Shown here one piece after another: positions 9,601 to 18,888 of a stretch of DNA of 64,000 nt. The DNA comes from a virus, in the IMG/VR virus record IMGVR_UViG_3300036760_000689, positions 32,001-96,000 of that record. One strand, written 5' to 3'. The notes beneath the pieces are model-generated. The model made no database searches. It was given only the letters and a program-made list of their open reading frames with translations, and was not told the DNA's origin. Position numbers and translations under genes: made by a program. Position 1 is the stretch's first letter. Each line of letters starts with the position of its first letter.

Positions 9601-12600
9601 CCGCTGCCCGTTGCAGCATCTTGTAGCGATTGGTGGCGTCCAAGCCAGAGAGGTCAATAATGGTGGCGTCTGGTAGCGCCTGATTGATTTCATATGCCCA
9701 ATTTTTCACCACCGCAGCCGGGACAGTAAGAATTGGCTTGCGCACCTTGTTGCGTTGTTTCAGGTGTTCTACCAGTAGGATGGCGGTCAAGGTTTTCCCG
9801 CCTCCTACACCATATGCAACGATTCCGCTACCGATGTGTGCTGCGCGCCCCACGCCTTGCCACTGATGCGCTTGAATCTTCAAGGGACTTCCCTTGAACA
9901 TCGTGCTCAGACCGTTAATGTCGAGTTGTTTATCGGAATAAAACCGTTCTCGAAAGGAACGATAACCTCGGTTATATTTCGGGATCACCCTATCAAACAG
10001 GCTGATATGCTGAAGACTCCAATCACGGAACATTTGAGCAAGAACGGCGTATGCCTTCTCGCCGTCTTCGTCGTAGATGGTTTTGGTTATTATCTCGCCC
10101 TTCGGATTTACCTCCCCGGTCGGCACTTCCTTCCTCACCCGGATATGCCGCATATAATTTTCGATTTGCTGGAAGTCTAGCCTGAAATCTTTTTCAATCG
10201 GCCTCGTTTTTTCCAGGCCAATCTCATCCTGATATTTTTCCGTTGACGGGATTCGTATATTCAGTTTCGCAGATGCTCTATCCGCCTCTAATGCCCAAAC
10301 CATCCTTCCGCGATCGCCATCCCAGACCTTTTCGGCACGGATGCGCCCGGGAGTGAGTTCCGCAAGCCAGTGCTGAATGACCCGATCCTCGATATATGCG
10401 GAGAAAGGATCGCTTCGGCGGATTATTTCATCGGCCTGCGCCTGTTCTGGAAGCACCGCCTTGAGCCTTATGAGCTGATCCGAAAGCGCGGTGAGGACGT
10501 TTGCCGCGCGGTTCCTTACTTCTGGCGTTTTTTGTCCCTCTGGTATCTGGTCGAGGCGGTTCTGAATATCGCCTGCCATCTGGGCAGTCTGATCGATCTT
10601 AGGCCAAATGGAACCATACAAATACTCCTCGTTGACCTCCATGATCGGCTTACCATCCTGATCCAGAGCGGCAATGCTGAAGTCTGGATGGCCCACGAGA
10701 TCTTCGGGCTTCATGGTTCCCTGATATCTCTGGGCAACCTCAGACCAGTTCATCTCTCCGGTGGTTTCGTAGACAAATTTTGCTGTGTCAACGAGATCTT
10801 CCTTGTTGTAATCCCGCACCTCTGGGGGTGGAACGTAGATGGAATTATTGGTAAAGATATCGCCGGGACTGCCATCAACATTGGTCAACGCTGCTAGTTT
10901 CCATATCCTGGGATCGGCAAACGGGAAAGGAGCACTCTGCGGTCCTCCACCGAGATATCTCCATAGGGTTTTATCTTTGGTTGGATCGCCGCTGGGATTG
11001 TCCTTTGGGGTGGCGTAAGTTCTTTTGTAGGCATCCAAGAGTGGTCTTACTTGCGCGCGGAGTTTGTCCGCCCCAGCGATATCATTGTCTCTGAGAGCGG
11101 TGAAAAGGTCATCCGCGAATTCGACTAGCCTCAATCCTTTGCGGACTCTCTCATGGGTTTTGCCCTCACGAGGCATTTCCGTGGCATGGAGGATAAAGCC
11201 GTCCTTGCTGGCATATCCGAACTTCTCTTTCTCTTCATCCCAGACAACCGTTCCGATTTTCATCCCCTGTGGGCGGTTGCCGAGGATTTCCCGATCTGCG
11301 GCCTCTTCCGTTGCGATCTTGGCGGCCTGCGTCTCCTTTGGGATATAGCGAATATCATCAGTCAGAGCATGCGCAATAGCTTGCAGGTATCTATCCTGAT
11401 CGGGAATCTTTTTCCCCCCTGGTCCTTCCTTCTGGAAAGGCCGCACACCCATCATCGTTGGATGCTGGACATTGTATCCAGCCTCGAGTGTCCCCCATAC
11501 CTTTTCGGGATGCTTCATATAGTAGGTCGAGACTTTCGCTCCAATGCCGCTTTCCTCTGGATCCAGAGCGTAGATGAACTCGTCCTGATACATGTTGTCC
11601 GTCCACGATTCCATTTCCTCTGGAGTTCTTTTCCTGAGAAAAATGATGTCGGTCGAACCTTCGTACTGGGTATTTTTGCTGAACTCACCGCCCGGAGTCC
11701 GGTAGGCACCAAGAAATTCAGCCCTCTTATTTATCTCCTTGCGAGGTTTCTCATTGCCCGTTTTGTCCATCGTCCCGATGCCGGTAATGAACATGACAAC
11801 GCCATTGGGCCGTGTCATGTCGAGAGATTTCACAAAGAAAAAATCGTGCATTTGGTGGATATCTTCGTATTCTTTTGCTTCATCTCTATAGCGGCAAGCG
11901 CCACGCGCCGCATTGAAGGGAACATTCGAAGAGAAGACATCAATATCCTTCCTTGGCGGATATTCCTCGAAATGAAGGTCCGAGATTTTTACATCGGGGA
12001 ACAAGAGCCGAGATACCTGGACGGCAAGCGGATCGATTTCCGTAGCAAAGATCTTGGAGTCCGCAGGGGCGAACCCCGAACTGCAATTACCAATACCATG
12101 GGCTGGATCCATGATGGTAAGATTGTCCATGGGGAAACCCATAGCACGGAGTTTATCCCACAAGAACACGGCCATCCGATACGAGGTGTAATGCTCGTAC
12201 AAGGTACCCCGTTCTTTGACCATGGCCGACAGGCCCCCGCTCCCAGTGTATTGACGCAGAAGGTTCTTCTCTTCATCTGTGAGTGGATCCCCTGGTTGCT
12301 TCGACTCCACGAGTTGGCGAACCTTCTCGTTAATCTCTATGCGCTGTCCGCGCGTAAGAACTACAGGAGGTCTCCCTCTGAATGTATATCGGGCGTCGCG
12401 TTGCGCTGACTCAAGATCTGCTGCCGGAGTTGTTCCTTTAACTCCTGGCTCGGTGGAAAGTTCAGCAGTAGGTCGTGGCTCAGGTCGCTCAGCAGGTTCG
12501 CCACCCCGCACCGCTCTACCACCTCCTTCGGCAAGCGGTCGATAATCTCCCGCGCCGCCTCGTCCGCCGCGTAAATCCTCGACATCTCCGTAACGTGCTC

Positions 12601-15600
12601 CATAAATGCCTCCGACCCCGCCTTCATAATCCTTGTTGCCTGTGACCGCCTCCCAGACATCTGGGAATAACGGTTCGAGATCTTCGCCCAGACCCTCGGC
12701 GATATCCTCCATATCGCGGTACAAGGTCGCATGCCATACGGCCTTATCAGCGACTCCGGTATTGTAATAGTCATCGCCTAGAGCTGTCATGGCGTCGAAG
12801 ATATCCGGGTCTGTCCGCAATTGCTCTCTTGTCGGCCCCTTGATCTCGATGCCCTCGACAGCCATCTCGGCGACCTCCGCCGCCCGCTTGCTGATTTTCT
12901 TGCGAATGATATCCCGCGCGCGCTTTGCCTTTTCGGATTGACTCTGAGGCACTGCCTCTGGTTCTGGAGGAAGTAATGGTCCGCCGCTGAGATTTGAGAG
13001 GGGATGCTCCGCCCCGAAGGTCGGCGGAGGCGCTTCGGGAGGAATCAGTTCCGTCTTATAACCTGCCCTCGTCGGGATAATCCTCGCCTTCGTCCATTGG
13101 ACTTCTGGAGGACCTTCGAGCGGAGGAGGCTCGAAAGTCACTTTTCCACCTAATGGTGTGATGTCCTTCAGACTGTATCCAGTCGCTTCTGCCAGCTCGT
13201 TTGCGATTTCCCACGCCTGTATGCCCTTTCTCATCTGACCCACGGAGGAAAGATATTTGGATGCATCGGAATAAAAGCGTGCAAGATCCAGGGCCTCATC
13301 CGGGTTGACGCTGAGAATCCCAACGGTCTGACTATTATCGACAGTGGCGGTTTTGAATTTGCCGGGATTTCTTCTCAGAAGATCTTCTCCGGTGTCCTTT
13401 TGACCTGTCGTTCGCAGTTTGATGCGGATCTGGGGCGCTTCTGGTTCAATCTCGGGAGGCGGTGACGGCAAAACCTCGCCACTGGCTGCACGTTTGAGAT
13501 CCCGCGCGTTATCGGCAAACTTCGCCAAAGAAGGGCTGCCGCTTTCGGGAATACCTTTCAGGTCTCTGATTTGAATGATCCTAATCCTGATCTGGGCAAT
13601 GCTCCAGTCCGCCTTACCGCCCAGGGTTTGCTTGATCTCATCGGCCAACCGTGGAAGCGATTTGCCATCGAGCAAGCCTTCGATGATAGGTTCCGCAATG
13701 TCGAGATTGATGGCCTGCTGGAGAAAGGATTCGGCCATTCTCTGTTTCGCAGGTGTAAGGACCGTATTGGGCAGATCGGCTGCATAACTGAAGAGTTGGA
13801 TGGGAGCTTTGCCTTCGGGCGCAAGCGGTGGTTCCAACGTTGGACTTATTTCCTCGCCCTCACGCGGACGGGCTAAGCCAATATATAGGTTGCCATTTTC
13901 ATCTTCTACAAACTTCGATAAATCCTCTCCGGGCAACGGTCGGGGACCATCATAACCGCCAAGAACCAAGTGTCCTGCACGTGCCAGTCGAAACACAGCA
14001 GCATCGAACACCCCTCGTGTCATGGTCGGAAACTGCTTTCGGACTTCATCTACCGCGACAAAGTTCCCCAGTCTTGTCTCTGTCTCCCATTCCGCATCCG
14101 CCATGCCCTTAAGGAAAGCATTTTCCTCTCCGGGGACAGGTTCCAGAGGCGGAATCTCTGCCTCGGCAGCCGCAGGCAACACTTCCTCAGGCGGTTCTGC
14201 CAACGTCATAGATACCAGTCTTCGTTCCAGCTTCCTGTCGGGGAGTCGCGGTGGGCGACCCGACTCGGAAATTCGCATGACATCCTTGGCCCAGCGTCCC
14301 ACAGATCTGCCATCGGGCATCCTTATCGTGAGACGTTGCCTACCCTGGAAATCAGCGATATTGGTGATCCTACCGATACCAAGATCGACATCGGCATCTG
14401 TGAAGATGTCACTCTCAGTGAAGATATTGTTTTTAGGTTCATTCTTGGCCAGAATGCTCTGTGCTTGTTCTGGTCGAAGGCGGCCGATGATATTGTCGCT
14501 ATAATCCAATCCGCGCAACTTATCTTCCTGGTCTCGAGTGATCACAAATGCCGCCAAAGGTTGCGGCGTAGGTTCTTGAGCTTTCTCGATTTCTTCGGCT
14601 GCAACAGCAAATTTGGCGCGGGTGTCCTTCAACTCATCGGCGATCTTTTCTCCCGGCTTGACCGCGAACGTCGATCCAGTTTGCGTGTCAGTATAAAGGA
14701 AGAATACGGTATTGCCTTGTAGATCTTGCTGTGGGCCGTTATAGACGACGCCTTCTGGAAGTTCTTCCATCTCATGAGGCGCTGCCACCTTGCCGATATC
14801 CTCGGGTCTAGGCAATGGTTCTGGCTGAGGAGCCACTGGAATCGGCGGTTTAATTGGTAACTCCGTTGGCGGAATTTCGGTCACTGTCGGAAGCATCCCT
14901 AGCGGTGCCTCGGGCGCTGCCGCCGCGACCTCGGGTTCAACTGTTTTGCCGGAAAATTCATTGGCCCTGCGCGCGGCATCTGTCAGATCTTCTGGGGTAA
15001 TCCCAGCGACAATCTGTTTGCGTTCTTGACCGCTCATATCGGCAAAACCTACGGTCATTTCGGAAGGTGTCATGGCGCGCCCATATTTGGCCTGAAACGC
15101 GCGCGCGATTGACGGAATGTGGAATCCGGCGATCTGGAGAAATGTTATGAAACCATCTTCACCAGCAGCAGAAAGTCGTGTTGCGAGATTTCCGGGGGTC
15201 TCCACCGCTGTAATGCCAGCCGCCGCCAGACCATAGGATACCGCGCTCTGGAGAGCCGTTCCGATTGAGGTGCGATGCGTTTCGTTCGCGTAATCCTCGA
15301 TAAACTTCTTGAACTGTTCATATTCTGGATAACGCGCGCGGGCCATATCACGAATGGTGTCCACAACCGAAAAGCGAAAGGCATTGGGATCCACCATGCC
15401 CCTATTAACGGCATCGCCGACCCACGCACGCGCTACCGCCTGCGCCGCGAGCAAATCCTCTTTTGTGGCCGTAGTAGGATCAAGGAGCGTGCCAGACCAT
15501 CCCGCCCTGGATGCCGCCAACAACTCCGCTTGTATCTTGATGGTTTCGGCTTCCTCTTTGTTAGCGACCGTCGCCATCCCGCGAAGTAATTGCGATATCT

Positions 15601-17266
15601 TTGGATCCGTGATATCCATTTTGAAGGTTTGGGCAAGATTCCTGATTCCCGGTGCATATTTCAGAACTTCGCCACCGACGCCGAAGGCAACTGCCCTTGC
15701 GATAGCATTGGGGACACTTTCCCCTCTTCCGAGCGCCGTAATAGTTCCGGCTGTAGCCAAAGCCAAACTATTCTCTGCCCCGGCGATTCCTCGAACGGCC
15801 CAGGATAATTTGTTGGGATTTTCCAGTCCCCATAGGAGTGTCTTTTCGAAGTTGGGATTTTTTAGGGCCTGTTGGGCCAAAACCTTGACGGCTAACTTTG
15901 CCGATGTCTGATCAACTTCCTTAATGGCTTTCACGGCTTCGATGGCTTTCTTGGCCGCTGGCAATACACGGAGCCGTTCAAGCCAATTGGCCACAACAGG
16001 AATCTGCCCGATCTTGCCGGATATCCCGATCATTTCGGCCATGGTACCGCCGCCAAGAAATGCCATACTGCCAAGGAATCCTGGAACGCCAGCAACCATT
16101 CGTACCAGTTCCTCGCCCTTATATTCTTCGGGTTGGAATTTGCCGATGTTGTAAGCCCAAGCATTGCCAAAACTTTCGATCGCAGAGACGTAGATTTTTT
16201 CCGCCAGGGAAGGTTGGCCATAACCTTCGGGGACCTCCCCATAGCGCATCGCCGCCGCTTGCTCTGGGGGTAACGCGCTGATGAAGGGGCCTTTGGCAGT
16301 CTTCATCCGATCCATCATGGCGCGAAGGTCTTTATCTACAGGAGCGCCAGCAACTTTGATAGCGCCGATCTCTTGACCCAGGGTAATCAGATCACCCAGA
16401 GCCTTTATCTTCGGGCCGGCCTCACCAATGACCGATCTGATTTTGGTGACTCTCGAGTTATATTCGTTCACATCCTCTCTGTTGGTTGTATCAGGTCCAC
16501 CCGGCCACCTATCTTTGATTTCGGCGGAGAGAAGATCGATATCCTGTCTATGGACTCCAATTTCCCTTGAGAGTCGGTCGATATCTCCGCCGACTTCCCT
16601 TTGTTCGGGCGGTTTCCCAACCTTTGTACTCGGCACTGGCATGGGTGGCTGTTTATTCAGCCAATCCTGAAATGATTCCCGTTTCTCGAACTGAGGGACC
16701 GCAGGATATTTTAGCCGTTCGGAAATCTCAGGAGGCGGAGCAAGTGGGGCTGAAACAGCAGGTGCGACTTGGGGAGTTGGTTCAGGAGGCGGAGCGAATG
16801 TGGCTGGAATGCCTGGACCAGAAGGAACAACGGCACGCATTCTCTGAGTCGGGGAAACAAATGCTCCTGTAATCAGGTCTTCCGTCTGTCTGACTTTCTG
16901 CTTTGTCCAGTTCAACAGGTCATCTAACCACCAAGTTTCCTTCGTCTCAGGTGTGTTCTTGAAATAGTCGTTCCACGTCCCCTTATCGACATTCAGTTCA
17001 TTATCCTGGCCTTCTTTGGGGGCATTGGCGAACTCTGGCGACACCTTGTTCAGAATATATCTGCGGGTTTCCATGTCTAACTGATGGAACCAATCCTGAG
17101 TTAGCACATCCTTGGGTTTGATCGAGGCCCAATCTGGTTGAGACACCTTGGCCTTTGGAGGCGCGACTGGCGTCTTCGGAGGGACAGGTGGTTTCGGTTC
17201 TTGATCCTGCGATCCTTCATTATCAGGAGGAAGAGGCAGAGGTTGGTCGAACAGATTTGCGGCCAT
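3677..17266 (-). CDS. Giant DarB-like polyvalent virion protein: N6-adenine MTase + SNF2 helicase + zincin metallopeptidase + large C-terminal domain
   Basis: 4529 aa. MTase motifs MDPAHGIGN and SNVPF; helicase GVGGGKT, IVDEAH, LTATP, QADGRGLRQGN; peptidase LAHEIGH...ELYADF. Last gene of the ejection cluster. Confidence 0.88.
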   Translation of the reverse strand: MAANLFDQPLPLPPDNEGSQDQEPKPPVPPKTPVAPPKAKVSQPDWASIKPKDVLTQDWFHQLDMETRRYILNKVSPEFANAPKEGQDNELNVDKGTWNDYFKNTPETKETWWLDDLLNWTKQKVRQTEDLITGAFVSPTQRMRAVVPSGPGIPATFAPPPEPTPQVAPAVSAPLAPPPEISERLKYPAVPQFEKRESFQDWLNKQPPMPVPSTKVGKPPEQREVGGDIDRLSREIGVHRQDIDLLSAEIKDRWPGGPDTTNREDVNEYNSRVTKIRSVIGEAGPKIKALGDLITLGQEIGAIKVAGAPVDKDLRAMMDRMKTAKGPFISALPPEQAAAMRYGEVPEGYGQPSLAEKIYVSAIESFGNAWAYNIGKFQPEEYKGEELVRMVAGVPGFLGSMAFLGGGTMAEMIGISGKIGQIPVVANWLERLRVLPAAKKAIEAVKAIKEVDQTSAKLAVKVLAQQALKNPNFEKTLLWGLENPNKLSWAVRGIAGAENSLALATAGTITALGRGESVPNAIARAVAFGVGGEVLKYAPGIRNLAQTFKMDITDPKISQLLRGMATVANKEEAETIKIQAELLAASRAGWSGTLLDPTTATKEDLLAAQAVARAWVGDAVNRGMVDPNAFRFSVVDTIRDMARARYPEYEQFKKFIEDYANETHRTSIGTALQSAVSYGLAAAGITAVETPGNLATRLSAAGEDGFITFLQIAGFHIPSIARAFQAKYGRAMTPSEMTVGFADMSGQERKQIVAGITPEDLTDAARRANEFSGKTVEPEVAAAAPEAPLGMLPTVTEIPPTELPIKPPIPVAPQPEPLPRPEDIGKVAAPHEMEELPEGVVYNGPQQDLQGNTVFFLYTDTQTGSTFAVKPGEKIADELKDTRAKFAVAAEEIEKAQEPTPQPLAAFVITRDQEDKLRGLDYSDNIIGRLRPEQAQSILAKNEPKNNIFTESDIFTDADVDLGIGRITNIADFQGRQRLTIRMPDGRSVGRWAKDVMRISESGRPPRLPDRKLERRLVSMTLAEPPEEVLPAAAEAEIPPLEPVPGEENAFLKGMADAEWETETRLGNFVAVDEVRKQFPTMTRGVFDAAVFRLARAGHLVLGGYDGPRPLPGEDLSKFVEDENGNLYIGLARPREGEEISPTLEPPLAPEGKAPIQLFSYAADLPNTVLTPAKQRMAESFLQQAINLDIAEPIIEGLLDGKSLPRLADEIKQTLGGKADWSIAQIRIRIIQIRDLKGIPESGSPSLAKFADNARDLKRAASGEVLPSPPPEIEPEAPQIRIKLRTTGQKDTGEDLLRRNPGKFKTATVDNSQTVGILSVNPDEALDLARFYSDASKYLSSVGQMRKGIQAWEIANELAEATGYSLKDITPLGGKVTFEPPPLEGPPEVQWTKARIIPTRAGYKTELIPPEAPPPTFGAEHPLSNLSGGPLLPPEPEAVPQSQSEKAKRARDIIRKKISKRAAEVAEMAVEGIEIKGPTREQLRTDPDIFDAMTALGDDYYNTGVADKAVWHATLYRDMEDIAEGLGEDLEPLFPDVWEAVTGNKDYEGGVGGIYGARYGDVEDLRGGRGGAGDYRPLAEGGGRAVRGGEPAERPEPRPTAELSTEPGVKGTTPAADLESAQRDARYTFRGRPPVVLTRGQRIEINEKVRQLVESKQPGDPLTDEEKNLLRQYTGSGGLSAMVKERGTLYEHYTSYRMAVFLWDKLRAMGFPMDNLTIMDPAHGIGNCSSGFAPADSKIFATEIDPLAVQVSRLLFPDVKISDLHFEEYPPRKDIDVFSSNVPFNAARGACRYRDEAKEYEDIHQMHDFFFVKSLDMTRPNGVVMFITGIGTMDKTGNEKPRKEINKRAEFLGAYRTPGGEFSKNTQYEGSTDIIFLRKRTPEEMESWTDNMYQDEFIYALDPEESGIGAKVSTYYMKHPEKVWGTLEAGYNVQHPTMMGVRPFQKEGPGGKKIPDQDRYLQAIAHALTDDIRYIPKETQAAKIATEEAADREILGNRPQGMKIGTVVWDEEKEKFGYASKDGFILHATEMPREGKTHERVRKGLRLVEFADDLFTALRDNDIAGADKLRAQVRPLLDAYKRTYATPKDNPSGDPTKDKTLWRYLGGGPQSAPFPFADPRIWKLAALTNVDGSPGDIFTNNSIYVPPPEVRDYNKEDLVDTAKFVYETTGEMNWSEVAQRYQGTMKPEDLVGHPDFSIAALDQDGKPIMEVNEEYLYGSIWPKIDQTAQMAGDIQNRLDQIPEGQKTPEVRNRAANVLTALSDQLIRLKAVLPEQAQADEIIRRSDPFSAYIEDRVIQHWLAELTPGRIRAEKVWDGDRGRMVWALEADRASAKLNIRIPSTEKYQDEIGLEKTRPIEKDFRLDFQQIENYMRHIRVRKEVPTGEVNPKGEIITKTIYDEDGEKAYAVLAQMFRDWSLQHISLFDRVIPKYNRGYRSFRERFYSDKQLDINGLSTMFKGSPLKIQAHQWQGVGRAAHIGSGIVAYGVGGGKTLTAILLVEHLKQRNKVRKPILTVPAAVVKNWAYEINQALPDATIIDLSGLDATNRYKMLQRAAVTDADFILITHEGMKEIPLRKSEEYIQEDIRKLEDRLRAVQVKKDKRTETQIQNQILKYEEKLAKLQQMKRTNTIFFEDLGSDAIIVDEAHRFKNTPKDYGDMSDYVRAGKWSQRAADMQYKTRYIHERRGGRKGQNVWMLTATPTPNHPSEIYAMMGYVAPEEWTSRGILNAGDFMGQFGRIETREVQTATGVPKAKTVWAGYKNLTELRAIFRRYVDFRTIEDLKIPRPEGIYIDHVLDPTDAVTECAGYIAWLQEYVNDHLQQAAAEGINHLSVLTLARKLAADPAIFDPRKYAASFGGPGSKLEAVVKEVLAGDTGENTQLIFCDLYRGGYLEEPVDTEEGKIEEGDDEDSVQKEQNSKHFVELVNIHKHFKQKLMDSGVPESQIAIVNGQINSGANAKFKIQQANAEGKIRFLIGSRQSMGEGMNLQTDTTQVHHFDVPWTGSALEQADGRGLRQGNRNESIRIHRYLVRGTSDAKLYDTIAGKDVWIKEVYRGNADEMLDFDEDGRNFRQLADAAAIPQATLDYYRAKHAVHSVDGELEAIDQVEERVLHHLKVMEDDIKNRQERIKELEDDIAKGYGSDWDRRRMQSHQEHLAQLMKEHPDYNPEAEDKRKAIAARRDLLHAEREKATLYIGIYEEAKLAGRLVEDLEATRPEIANRYGAGGKRSFLASSYIINVGRRRKKKRTPVAQEVVDAGAAQPEVADMPAFEGHPDPQLVSGPLADPLYTPLPEPPEIAEYKKREMPIWTREEELGPSYLFTSAVTQADKTAMSSGTIPTSITDDMKANSDIDLSSAAKITKGTLGWIINDGTRRFRILPYDNRSVDIFEIEAWGRIQAPELMNLADDLIQIASQHGVKEAIKLSTRLRTSYGRFVGERMKEHIELRPELFEPGNREVLARVLAHEIGHLVDWVPTATLKRGNLLGRLTTLSTYLKNTMPGVMAKAKELRKELIFLSEYWHPYDLTKARPGYIRLRRQSQELYADFVSALLNSPGTARKYAPKFYREFHAHMDTKPDVKTEYLKLRAMMAGATEEKLDDRLVRTLGMLVDAERSSAAVELKEPLKGQGFIGSVKGKLVYRLWMLDKHIEGLLKYKPTAIDDKDNPEIKYDALPFNIANRTWEFADRVNREIMQEIIEKAGITIEDLGFKASDLPSIAGTIYQDLTAEHYGPHIVLGLYMYLHRTATGRADVANPKIVGGEFAAETLDRFQERIGPEKFAALEQAAHAYEDITWELVEKGFDLQIYPERARKKFEEDKYNYVKFVAEKYIDQYVSPTVKAQIGYTGAFENPILSDLKMRFALIKMIVVYGARRSFIENWKQFWPDEIYKAKRQHPTDIAVTWERPVDANGKAVEGFDIVEMMEDGRRQGYWVDKYLADGINHPNAEALQDWAQWMNLVHKLWWKVIILYNLSFGAFGNPVRDFVKNFRALPFELLPGNMLQKLWREWGAGDFTYLLDAYRRSFIHVYRHMKNHGDPLLREMIRNDEISAPTLEAPETEYEHDAFNLTMKRAGIYRPNGTLDKRATIRMYRGAKNVLGGLAYVAEFAETLGKVSGHQVRVAAGETGPRLGMNMRRNTGTPAWYRKGSWGQTFNRLLAFPTMFIQGWHSEINLIADPVTRSGFFHRTMKVLSVLIAANLIFGYYAVKIFGPYWGKKIKWAWDGITGYKKRMYLNVLFGLNRLGEAISFQVPLDEGCRMLWGIINELMDGYAKDDPEMLTNIYNHVVSQLPSPTPWIQIPITVGRALAGQNPPDTYRGMPIFPRDVYEAGDKPAMAGKLVLFSLNQLGLGNFQTYDISNKSFYQILTQIDPTVGRLAGRVINESTGYGHTEEERRPERLQLKEQAQSREAKRGAGAEVADFFIANAEVTRDKRVRDYQMKKGMSYAEASQLYPNAFFAPKFAGCARILTAYQKQIDAMQKNPKYTKTQIDTFIRTKQAQMNAIAKKTLQEYKATKVRRMMPPPTGESPLRLPEPPE

Positions 17267-17273
17267 TGATTCC

Positions 17274-18872
17274 TCAACGTTTAATATACTGCGGCTCAGG
17301 ACCGGGTGCCGGTATCCCTCCTCGTCCTGCCGCCTGGGGCAGATTGGTTTTAATAGCGTCGATCGCTTTTTCCTCAGAAGTTATCTCTGGGGATCCAGCC
17401 CTACGGATCGCCTGAACAGTTTCCCATGAAACTCCTACGTAATCCTCAACATAGCGCATCATCCATGAGTTGACTTCTCTCGCATTCCTAGTCTTGGTTA
17501 TACCATCTTGATCAAGTTGCACCGGAACCATCTGCATCGCAAAGGTCTGCGCCGCCTGCATGATTTTGGCCGCATCCTGTTTTGTCAGTTTTCCGCTTTG
17601 GGCCGCAGTCTTCAAATCCATGGCCTGCTGCCTCGATTCGGAGAGCAATCGAGCATTCGTAACTTCTTGCTGCCTGAGCATCCTGCTGGCCGTCAGATCA
17701 TCGACATAACTCTTATCGGCGACAACTCGGGCTTGGTCATAATTCTCGATCTTTTTACCATTGATTGTCTGACCGATAAGCGCGATCGCCTGTTGCTCAT
17801 AGGTAGTCGGTTCGATCTCATCCCTCGTTCCAATCTCGGCACCCGTTTCGGTATCATAAGCCGCTTTATAGCGTAATCCAGTCCTTGGATCTCGGCCAGT
17901 AATGTTGATGAGTTTGCCAGGTCTGTCCTGAATCGGTTTCCCATAGCGAAGGAACGAATAGATTTCGTTGTAATAGTTCCTGTCCTTAGTTTTAGTTTCC
18001 TGGGCATCTGGAGTCGCAGCCCAATCTTCGGCCCGCTTCTTGTACCACTCCTCATTAGCGGTCTGATCCGCTTGTTTTTGCGCGGATTCGGCCTTGATTC
18101 TCGCCTCCTGAATTTGGATTGTGCTCCCAGTCTGCTTGGCAGTATCGTAATCGGTCATGGCGCGATGCAAAGCAAACTGTGCTCGTTGGTTGGGACTCAG
18201 ACCTGTCAGATCAGGTTGGGCCTGAGGAGCAACGCCAGGGATTCCAACAGGTGCCGCAGCAGCAGCACGGAACTGAAAACGAGATACAGGAAATGCCCCC
18301 GGAGCTTGGGGTTGCGCCTGTGGAGTCATAAACTGCCCCCCCTGAACCGTCGTTGGGCTAATCGGGATCGTTGGCGGCGGAGGTTGAGCAGGAGGCGGGG
18401 TCACGAATCTTCCACCCTCCACAGTTGTCGGAGGTAAGGCCGCTGCAGGATATGTACCGGCGATTCCCATCAGGGAACCTTGAGGCGCAGTCTGAATTGC
18501 TCCAGTTGGGGGAGCGGCCATCCCCTCTTGAGGTCTTTGACCTGGGGTCCCTGTCGCAACAGCCATGTCCGCCGCCTGCGTCATTGATTTATCCTGCGTC
18601 CCTTTTCCGCCCGGACTGATCAGTTTGCTCACAAGGTTCCATAGGCCAGTCTTCTGCGTTCGAATCTTTTCGGCCTGATTCATCAAATCGACCGCGCGTT
18701 CATGAAACATTTGCTGAAAGTGGGGATCCGTCTCATTGCCGGCCTGAGTGGAAAATTTGATCGACATGTCCTGCAATTGGCGCACTTGTTCGATCTTCTG
18801 TTGATGGGCTTGATTCGATGCCTGGACATAGCCCTTGAGAAATTCCCCAAAGATTCCTGCCGCCTGATACAT
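17274..18872 (-). CDS. Putative internal virion/DNA ejection protein
   Basis: 532 aa, Ala/Gln/Pro-rich and helical; position between nozzle/GNAT and the giant protein. Confidence 0.6.
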   Translation of the reverse strand: MYQAAGIFGEFLKGYVQASNQAHQQKIEQVRQLQDMSIKFSTQAGNETDPHFQQMFHERAVDLMNQAEKIRTQKTGLWNLVSKLISPGGKGTQDKSMTQAADMAVATGTPGQRPQEGMAAPPTGAIQTAPQGSLMGIAGTYPAAALPPTTVEGGRFVTPPPAQPPPPTIPISPTTVQGGQFMTPQAQPQAPGAFPVSRFQFRAAAAAPVGIPGVAPQAQPDLTGLSPNQRAQFALHRAMTDYDTAKQTGSTIQIQEARIKAESAQKQADQTANEEWYKKRAEDWAATPDAQETKTKDRNYYNEIYSFLRYGKPIQDRPGKLINITGRDPRTGLRYKAAYDTETGAEIGTRDEIEPTTYEQQAIALIGQTINGKKIENYDQARVVADKSYVDDLTASRMLRQQEVTNARLLSESRQQAMDLKTAAQSGKLTKQDAAKIMQAAQTFAMQMVPVQLDQDGITKTRNAREVNSWMMRYVEDYVGVSWETVQAIRRAGSPEITSEEKAIDAIKTNLPQAAGRGGIPAPGPEPQYIKR

Positions 18873-18888
18873 GATTCCTCCTAACGAT

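Noticed and set aside
11153-12409. 418-aa plus-strand ORF and other long antisense ORFs
   Set aside because: Fully antisense to well-supported genes and without recognisable motifs.
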